Assembly (NCBI GenBank): GCA_021325675.1
Contig: JAJTCM010000004.1
Coordinates: forward strand, 2,794-66,793
Length of the DNA: 64,000 bases
Source: Crocinitomicaceae bacterium
GTDB taxonomy: Bacteria; Bacteroidota; Bacteroidia; Flavobacteriales_D; Crocinitomicaceae
Direction: 5' to 3'
Shown: in pieces, positions 57,431-64,000 of the stretch
How the letters are laid out: each line of letters begins with the position of its first letter
Position numbering within the stretch: position 1 is the first letter of the stretch
The notes under the pieces: model-generated
What the model was told of the DNA's origin: nothing
Databases searched by the model: none
The model's input: only the letters and a program-made list of their open reading frames with translations
Program-made: the position numbers and the translations under genes

Positions 57431-59677
57431 TTACTTTATAATTTTTTCGATAATCTGCGCGTTATCAGTGGTAATTACCAGAAAATAGCTGCCGCTTTTC
57501 ACAGCCGGTTCGATGTTTACCTCAAAAGCATTGATATTATCTGTATAGAATACACGTTTTCCTGTGATGTCAAGTATTTCTGCCGTGCGGATCAAAGCAT
57601 CCTGGTTGGAAACCTTAAAGCTGGTATTGAATGGGTTCGGGAATACCTTCAGGCTGGATTTTGCAAGGGCACCGAGCACGCTGGTTTCACCTACACAGAA
57701 ATTCTTTACAATCATCTGCTCGAAGTTAGCGTCTTCCGGTGCAAGGGAAGTCAATACTTCCTGATCTGCGTCGTACAGGTTCATGCTCCCCGGGTCACAA
57801 TCGTTGCTTGACATACCATCGCCGTAAGAATCATAGATAATCAGGTCGTAGCAGCCTTCGAGAAGACAGATTTCGTGATGTACCGTATAATTGTCCTGCT
57901 GAACGTAATTTCCGCCCTGGAAGAAAACAGTACTGTTGTTGTCAACAATTTCCCAGGAAGTTTCGTTCGCATAGCAATCCAGGTTCATTTCGAGCACCAG
58001 GTTATCACCTCCCACAACAACATTGAAGTCATTGCTCATGTTATTGTTGCCCATGTTTTCATCAATTGTTCCGTTCGGATCGCTGACAGTTACCGTGATG
58101 TTGTGTGTCCCGGTCGTCAGGTTAAGCGTAGGGAGCGTAATTGTTTCAGACTCAAACAAGCCTAAGCTTCCGGTCCAATCGATTGGTGTTGAAACGCCGT
58201 CTACAATGTAGTTGATGGTTGCAGTTGTCATTGGAACACTTCCTCCGTTGGTAAGAACAACCTGCGGGCTAACTGTGCCGGTGCAAAGCGTTCCCTCTGC
58301 CCCTATGATGGAAGAGGAAAAGAAAGGGTCAAGGCTATTGGTAACGTTCGCATCAATTGCTTCAACACCTGTGTTTTGCGGGTCGAGCCAATCGCTCAGT
58401 CGTGTGGAAGATGAACCTCCGCCGGTCCAGGAGCTGAAAAATTTACCGTAAGAATCGGATAAGTCGTCACCGCCGCAATAAGACGCGCCGCCGTGAAGCT
58501 GGCCAACAACTCTTCTGAACTGATTGAAAATCGGCGAGCCGGATGAGCCTCCTTCCGTTACTCCGTCAGACCATTCCACATGCCAGTGGTTTTCTTCCTG
58601 GCCGAAATAAGCTTCACTTACATAGGTATCGGATGAAATAGTAATTTTCTTAATATCGCCGGAAGGGTGGTGGATGCCTGCTCCGGATAAAGCCGGGATG
58701 TCAGTGCGGTCCCAGCCGTTATAGGTAACTTCCCACGCAGGATTAGGCAGGGAGTTCAACTCGATCAGGTGGAAATCGGATGGCGCATAGTTTGCACGGG
58801 TAACGCCCCCGTTGATGTTCATATTCGTTGGGCCGTTAACAGATGGTGCGTTCGTGCCGCAGTCTGCGCTTGCTTCCGGTGATTCCCAGCGGAAACGGAA
58901 AATCCAGTCTGTCGGGTCGGAACCGCAATGGTTGGCCGTTAAGAAATAAGGTGTTGTTGTTCCGGCAGTATTGTTTACCATGGAACCCGTACAGAAACCT
59001 CCGCCGCCGTTTACGAGCATGGCAACCCCGTTTCTGGGGATTTCCCAGCCGCTTCCCTGCGGGCAGTTTACATCAATATTACAGTCGCCGGCATCGTTCA
59101 GTGATTTTTCAACGAACTCATCCAGGTTGATGAACCCATGGATCACACGGCCGATCTCCAGCTTGGATTTCCCCTGGTTTGCAGCAGGTTCCTGAACTTC
59201 GATATAGATCTTTTTGGAGTAAAGAAGCTCCGTTCCAAGCTTTTCAGCTGCGTTATTGTTCAGGCTGGTGTAAGCCCCGATATAGCGGGTTTTGTCTTCG
59301 TTGAAGAGATACATTACGGTACCCTGCTCCAGGCGGAATTTACTGAAAGTGAGGTTCAGGGAAACAGCTGTCGGGCTTTCAATGAAAAACTGGTATAAAT
59401 TGTTCCCGTTTGGCAGCACGCGCTTGTTGGCTTCCTGGAAAAAGTTAATGCTTACATCATGCGGTTTACCGTACTGGAGCAGTTTTTCACCGCGTTCCTG
59501 CGCAAGCTGTGTATAATATGCGTGTTCTGCAGCATTGTCAATGGAAGGGAGCGTGTAGCCTTTCTTCGCCAAACTGACCTTTTTGCTGTATGATACAGGC
59601 TGACCTAAATTTTGTGTTTGAGCACCTGCGGCATTAGCCATCAAGGCTAAACCGATCATAAAATAGAGTTTTTTCAT
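57431..59677 (-). CDS. Lysyl endopeptidase-like (S1) serine protease with Ig-like domains and T9SS CTD
   Basis: CNIDVNC, TANHC (His), SDFHL (Asp), EGGSSGSP (Ser), VVGQLHGG; VFPNPF CTD. Confidence 0.9.
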   Translation of the reverse strand: MKKLYFMIGLALMANAAGAQTQNLGQPVSYSKKVSLAKKGYTLPSIDNAAEHAYYTQLAQERGEKLLQYGKPHDVSINFFQEANKRVLPNGNNLYQFFIESPTAVSLNLTFSKFRLEQGTVMYLFNEDKTRYIGAYTSLNNNAAEKLGTELLYSKKIYIEVQEPAANQGKSKLEIGRVIHGFINLDEFVEKSLNDAGDCNIDVNCPQGSGWEIPRNGVAMLVNGGGGFCTGSMVNNTAGTTTPYFLTANHCGSDPTDWIFRFRWESPEASADCGTNAPSVNGPTNMNINGGVTRANYAPSDFHLIELNSLPNPAWEVTYNGWDRTDIPALSGAGIHHPSGDIKKITISSDTYVSEAYFGQEENHWHVEWSDGVTEGGSSGSPIFNQFRRVVGQLHGGASYCGGDDLSDSYGKFFSSWTGGGSSSTRLSDWLDPQNTGVEAIDANVTNSLDPFFSSSIIGAEGTLCTGTVSPQVVLTNGGSVPMTTATINYIVDGVSTPIDWTGSLGLFESETITLPTLNLTTGTHNITVTVSDPNGTIDENMGNNNMSNDFNVVVGGDNLVLEMNLDCYANETSWEIVDNNSTVFFQGGNYVQQDNYTVHHEICLLEGCYDLIIYDSYGDGMSSNDCDPGSMNLYDADQEVLTSLAPEDANFEQMIVKNFCVGETSVLGALAKSSLKVFPNPFNTSFKVSNQDALIRTAEILDITGKRVFYTDNINAFEVNIEPAVKSGSYFLVITTDNAQIIEKIIK

Positions 59678-60294
59678 TTTGTTCGTTTTATACTGCAGCC
59701 CCTTGGATCTGTAGTGTTTGTTGTTATTGTTTTAGCGTCTTTAACTTCTTTGATTGCAGTTGCAAGATATGGGATGGTTTCCTTACGGTTGTTGTCCCAG
59801 CTGTTATCGATGCTTCCTTTGTAAACGAGGTTTAAACCGGCATCCAGCAGGTAAACGTGCGGAGTTGTTTTGGCCCCGAAAGCGTTGGCAAGCTCAGAAT
59901 CTTTGTCAACAACGTAAGGCATGGTGTAACCCAGGTCTTTCGCGTGTTTTTGCATATTTTCAAAAGAATCGTCGCCGTCACGCTTTGCTTCGTTGGAATT
60001 CACGAGGATCACCTGGATCCCGGCGTCCCTGGCAATTTTGTGCAGGTCATTGTACTGTTTTTCCCAACCTGGAAAATTGTCGCTGCCCACAACGAAGGGA
60101 CAGGTGTTGCAGGAAAAGATCACCAAAAGGCCGTTTTTTTCTTTAGCGGAATTGAGGGAAAGCTCCTTTCCTTCAGTACTTTTCATTTTGTATTCGGTGA
60201 GCGGCGCTTTATCACCGATGTTGAATTCCTTGTCTTTTTTGAATGTAAAAGCGAGGAGCGCGAAGAGTGCGCAGGAGAATGCCAGAGTTTTCAT
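59674..60294 (-). CDS. Exported thioredoxin/redoxin-family protein
   Basis: Signal peptide, FSCNTCPFV, FGAKTTPHVY, YKGSIDN, GCSIK. Confidence 0.88.
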   Translation of the reverse strand: MKTLAFSCALFALLAFTFKKDKEFNIGDKAPLTEYKMKSTEGKELSLNSAKEKNGLLVIFSCNTCPFVVGSDNFPGWEKQYNDLHKIARDAGIQVILVNSNEAKRDGDDSFENMQKHAKDLGYTMPYVVDKDSELANAFGAKTTPHVYLLDAGLNLVYKGSIDNSWDNNRKETIPYLATAIKEVKDAKTITTNTTDPRGCSIKRTK

Positions 60295-60400
60295 AACTGA
60301 ATAACGTTTTGTTTTAAAAATCGTTTGTGAAATTATTAAATTTTTTTGCAAAAATCGTTTTTTCTGAAGCTTAAATTCTTTTATTCTTGAAATTACAAAC

Positions 60401-60434
60401 AAAAAAAACCATCCGCCGGCTGACGAATGGTTTT
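60401..60434 (-). terminator. Intrinsic terminator after ftsZ-yqeY
   Basis: Minus strand AAACCATTCGTC-AGCC-GGCGGATGG followed by a T8 tract. Confidence 0.8.
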
Positions 60435-60510
60435 CCTGTAATTTAAGCTATTGTGTTTTTGAATTGTTATTTGTGAACTGCACTAACGCTTGTTCATATC
60501 AAAGCTTCGC

Positions 60511-60957
60511 TTATTTAGATAATTCTTCTTTAACAAGTGAAGCGATAAGCTTGCCGTCGGCTTTTCCTGCCAGTTTCCCGGTGAGGACGCCCATCACTTT
60601 GCCCATTTCCTGCGGGCCTGAAGCTCCGGTTTGAGAAATCGCAGCCTGAACTTCAGCGCGGATTTCGTCTTCGGAAAGCATTTTCGGCAGGTATGCTTCA
60701 ATCACTTTTGCCTGGAAAATTTCATCGTCAGCCAGGTCCTGGCGGTTTTGCTCCATGTACAGCTGGTATGTTTCCATGCGCTGCTTATGTAGTTTCATGA
60801 CAATTTTCATGGCCGTCTCATCCGTAACTTCGCCTGCGCCGGAAGTGGCTTCGAGCATCAGCTTGGATTTGATATCACGCAATGCGGCTAATTTTTCTTT
60901 TTCACGGGCGAGCATGGCTGCCTTGATATCCGCATTGATCTGTTCTGTAAAGCTCAT
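60511..60957 (-). CDS. GatB/YqeY-domain protein
   Basis: DIKAAMLAREK, YLPKMLSEDE, MGKVMG, GKADG. Confidence 0.92.
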   Translation of the reverse strand: MSFTEQINADIKAAMLAREKEKLAALRDIKSKLMLEATSGAGEVTDETAMKIVMKLHKQRMETYQLYMEQNRQDLADDEIFQAKVIEAYLPKMLSEDEIRAEVQAAISQTGASGPQEMGKVMGVLTGKLAGKADGKLIASLVKEELSK

Positions 60958-60959
60958 GA

Positions 60960-62594
60960 TTAATCTACGTTATCGTGTAAGAATGAATTATTGCTTTTCA
61001 GAGAAGTTCCGTTTTCGTCAGTTGTGATGTTGAAGCGGGAAACCCGGGACTCGGAGCTAAGCGCAGAATTATCCAGCTGGATGTTCCTTCTTACGTAAGC
61101 GGGCTCTTTTTCGAGGTCGTTGATCCCGTCGATTTTTTTCAGGCGTGCAGTGTACTGCTGAATGCGGTTCATGCGCTCCTGTGCCAGTCTTTGCTGCTCT
61201 TCCGGTGAAACGGAAGTTTTGCTGCTTGATTGCTCGAGCTCCACTTTCACTTCTCTTTCATCATCGAGGGAGTGAACGATCCTGCTGCTTTCTGGCGTCA
61301 CTTCAGCTTCTTTTGCCGGTGTATTGATTTCCCAGCCGAATTCGATAGAAGCCTGTTCTTTCACTTCTTCTTTAGCTGAAGGAGCCTGAACTTCGCTTTT
61401 CAGCACCGGCCCGTCGAACATAGGCTCAATTGTGGCTTCAGCCGGGGTAACCGGTGACTCGATTTTGGAAACGATCTCAACAGCTGCAGCTTTCAAGTAC
61501 GGCTCTTCTGCTTTCGGTGCTTCAACCGCGATCGTTTTATCCATCGGGTTGTTCATCGGGCTTACGATTTCGCTTTTTACTTCGTCTTCCAGCACGGTAA
61601 CCTTACGCTCAGGGGCTTTTTCGAAACCTGTGATAGGTGTAGAATGGAAACCTGTTGCAATCAGGGTAACACACAAGCTGTCGCCCAGGCTCGGATCGTG
61701 TCCGTGGCCCCAGATTACGTCTGCTGTTGATCCTGCTTCGTCCTGGATATAATCTGTAATTTCGGTAATCTCGTCCATCAATACTTCTTTATCACCGTAA
61801 GTGATGTTGAGGAGTACGTATTTCGCACCGTTGATGTTGTTATCGTTCAGGAGCGGAGAGTTCATCGCATCCTGTACGGCGCGGATCGCGCGGCTTTCAC
61901 CTTCAGCTGAAGCAGACCCCATGATCGCAACGCCGGAGTCTTTCATCACCGTGTTTACGTCCTTGAAGTCTACGTTCATGATCCCTGTAACGGAAATCAC
62001 TTCGGCAATACCTTTGGCTGCGGTTGTAACTACGTCGTCTGCCTGTGCAAAAGCGTTTCCAATGGAAAGGTTTCCGCTCATTTCACGCAGGCGCTCGTTG
62101 TTGATTACCAATAAAGTATCAACATTCTGGCGCATTTGCTCCAAACCTTCTTCGGCTTGCTGGCGGCGTTTTCTTCCTTCGAAGTTAAAGGGAACGGTAA
62201 CGATACCTACAGTCAGGATGCCCAATTCTTTGGCTACCTGTGCAATTACCGGTGCGGCCCCTGTTCCGGTACCACCACCCATTCCTGCAGTTACAAAGAC
62301 CATTTTCGTGCCTTTCGACAATAGGTCCTTGATATCATCGATGTTTTCCACCGCTGCATTTTTCCCGATTTCCGGAATGGAACCTGCGCCCAGGCCTTCT
62401 GTCAGGCTTGGCCCCAACTGGATTTTCAGCGGCACAGGAGAAATATCCAATGCTTGTCTGTCGGTATTGCAAACGATGAAATCTACTCCTTTAATTCCCT
62501 GGTTATACATGTGATTTACAGCGTTGCTTCCGCCTCCACCAACCCCAATCACCTTAATGATTGAAGTAACTTCTTTTGGTAAATCGAATTCCAT
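60960..62594 (-). CDS. ftsZ: Cell division protein FtsZ with a long acidic linker
   Basis: GVGGGGSNA, GMGGGTGTG, NVDFKDV; Bacteroidota-type C terminus NNSFLHDNVD. Confidence 0.98.
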   Translation of the reverse strand: MEFDLPKEVTSIIKVIGVGGGGSNAVNHMYNQGIKGVDFIVCNTDRQALDISPVPLKIQLGPSLTEGLGAGSIPEIGKNAAVENIDDIKDLLSKGTKMVFVTAGMGGGTGTGAAPVIAQVAKELGILTVGIVTVPFNFEGRKRRQQAEEGLEQMRQNVDTLLVINNERLREMSGNLSIGNAFAQADDVVTTAAKGIAEVISVTGIMNVDFKDVNTVMKDSGVAIMGSASAEGESRAIRAVQDAMNSPLLNDNNINGAKYVLLNITYGDKEVLMDEITEITDYIQDEAGSTADVIWGHGHDPSLGDSLCVTLIATGFHSTPITGFEKAPERKVTVLEDEVKSEIVSPMNNPMDKTIAVEAPKAEEPYLKAAAVEIVSKIESPVTPAEATIEPMFDGPVLKSEVQAPSAKEEVKEQASIEFGWEINTPAKEAEVTPESSRIVHSLDDEREVKVELEQSSSKTSVSPEEQQRLAQERMNRIQQYTARLKKIDGINDLEKEPAYVRRNIQLDNSALSSESRVSRFNITTDENGTSLKSNNSFLHDNVD

Positions 62595-62622
62595 GTCTTT
62601 TTGTATTAATTAATATTACTTG

Positions 62623-63918
62623 TTAATCCTCGTCCGCGAAAATGTTCGGCACCTTTTTCAGGATAGCATCAAAGAAGTTTCCTTTCTTTTCAGGGTCCGA
62701 ATGCGTTTTCACTTTTTTGGCTTTTGTATTACTGGCAGGTTCTTTTTCAGAACTTGTTTTTTCTGCATTTTCAAATCCTTTGATCACCAATCCGATCCCC
62801 GTTGCGTACATCGGGCTGGTCAGGTTTTCAAAGTTGTTGGAGCTTCCGAGGTGCTCTGTCGGGTAACCGATACGTGTATCCATCCCGGTGATGAACTCGA
62901 ACAGCTGGGTAATGTGCTTCAATTGCGATCCGCCGCCGGTTACCACGATGCCGCCGATCAGCCTTTTTTCGTAGCCGGAGTTGCGGATTTCGTAGTACAC
63001 GTGTTCAATGATCTCTTCCATACGGGCCTGGATAATGCTTGCGAGGTTGCGCACGGAAATTTCCTTCGGCTCTTTGCCGCGGAGTCCCGGGATGCAAACC
63101 ACTTCATTTTCCTGGCTTTCGCTGGCAAGCGCAGAACCGAATTTCATTTTCAGCTTTTCCGCCTGCTTGCGCATGATGGAGCAGCCTTCCTTGATGTCCT
63201 CGGTGATTACATTTCCTCCAAACGGGATCACGGCTGTGTGGCGGATAATCCCTTCGTGGAAAATCGCAACGTCAGTCGTACCGCCACCGATATCTACCAA
63301 CACAACGCCGGCGTCTTTTTCCTCTTCGGAAAGAACGGCCTCGGCAGATGCCAATGGCTCCAGGATCGTTTGTTTCACTTCCAGTCCGGCGCGCTGAACA
63401 CACTTGTTGATGTTCATGGCAGCAGTTACCTGGCCGGTGATGATGTGGAAATTCGCTTCGAGACGAACACCTGACATCCCGATCGGGTCTTTGATCCCCT
63501 GCTCGCTGTCAACAATATATTCCTGCGGCAAAACGTGGATAATTGCTTCACCCGGCTGCATCACAAGGCGGTACATGTCTTCGATCAGCGCATCAATGTC
63601 TTTCTGGGAAATTTCGTTTTCGGTCTGGTAACGGGTGTAAATACCGCGGTGCTGCAAGCTTTTGATGTGCTGCCCTGCAATACCCACGATTACGTTGCGG
63701 ATGATCAGCTCGCCGCTCAAACGCGATTTAGCTTCATCCACAGCATTTTTGATTGATTCTACCGTATTGTTGATGTTGGAGACCATACCGCGGGTAACGC
63801 CAAGTGATTCGCTTTTACCCATGGACAAGATCTCGATTTTCCCATGCTCGTTTTTGGTGCCGACAAAGCATGCAATTTTTGTAGTTCCAATATCTAATCC
63901 AACAATAACTGTCATCAT
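62623..63918 (-). CDS. ftsA: Cell division protein FtsA
   Basis: GLDIGTTKI, DIGGGTTD, ARMEEI, TGGGSQL, ATGIGL. Confidence 0.98.
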   Translation of the reverse strand: MMTVIVGLDIGTTKIACFVGTKNEHGKIEILSMGKSESLGVTRGMVSNINNTVESIKNAVDEAKSRLSGELIIRNVIVGIAGQHIKSLQHRGIYTRYQTENEISQKDIDALIEDMYRLVMQPGEAIIHVLPQEYIVDSEQGIKDPIGMSGVRLEANFHIITGQVTAAMNINKCVQRAGLEVKQTILEPLASAEAVLSEEEKDAGVVLVDIGGGTTDVAIFHEGIIRHTAVIPFGGNVITEDIKEGCSIMRKQAEKLKMKFGSALASESQENEVVCIPGLRGKEPKEISVRNLASIIQARMEEIIEHVYYEIRNSGYEKRLIGGIVVTGGGSQLKHITQLFEFITGMDTRIGYPTEHLGSSNNFENLTSPMYATGIGLVIKGFENAEKTSSEKEPASNTKAKKVKTHSDPEKKGNFFDAILKKVPNIFADED

Positions 63919-64000
63919 ACTTCTTTTTCGTTTATTTTTTTACAAACAACTTGTTTTTTGTACTTCAAATTGATGATATCGTATTTGTTCCATCCTTCAT
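63915..64000 (-). CDS. ftsQ: FtsQ/DivIB C-terminal fragment (truncated at the window edge)
   Basis: Translated by hand as EGWNKYDIINLKYKKQVVCKKINEKEV*; stop overlaps the ftsA ATG (ATGA). Confidence 0.8.
   Translation of the reverse strand, partial: EGWNKYDIINLKYKKQVVCKKINEKEV

Noticed and set aside
60295..60402. N-terminal extensions in the ORF track (also 8108-8158, 21881-21913, 51016-51045)
   Set aside because: They run through promoter or terminator sequence; the downstream ATGs give proper signal peptides or promoter spacing.

Overview
Mostly housekeeping DNA from a Bacteroidota chromosome. T9SS C-terminal domains, TAnnTTTG promoters and the lack of Shine-Dalgarno sites point to this phylum; a Flavobacteriales/Crocinitomicaceae-like host is my inference. 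It holds about 50 tightly packed genes: sucA(3' part)-sucB, four T9SS cargo proteins, a lipoprotein plus a giant MORN-like protein, a PIF1-like helicase, a PAS-PP2C phosphatase facing siaB-siaC-coaE, eukaryote-like class Ia RNR (nrdB-nrdA), a MarR-RND-TolC efflux operon, metF, the dut...envC cluster, lysC, PIN-PhoH, hemW and ftsQ(3' end)-ftsA-ftsZ-yqeY. I found no tRNA, rRNA, CRISPR, transposase or integrase. The most interesting signals are not in the ORF track. (1) A near-leaderless 20-codon Cys/Met-rich uORF (MKRFSFKYYRMCMHCWPSCC, 18715-18777) precedes the phosphatase of a SiaABC-like partner switch that lacks SiaD; this is a candidate sulfur-sensing signalling module. (2) Four families of 7/8-nt tandem repeats form inverted arrays at gene junctions, supply stop codons and abut start codons or promoters. 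(3) Candidate structured RNAs flank the RNR operon. All product calls come from motif recognition by eye, not from database searches.
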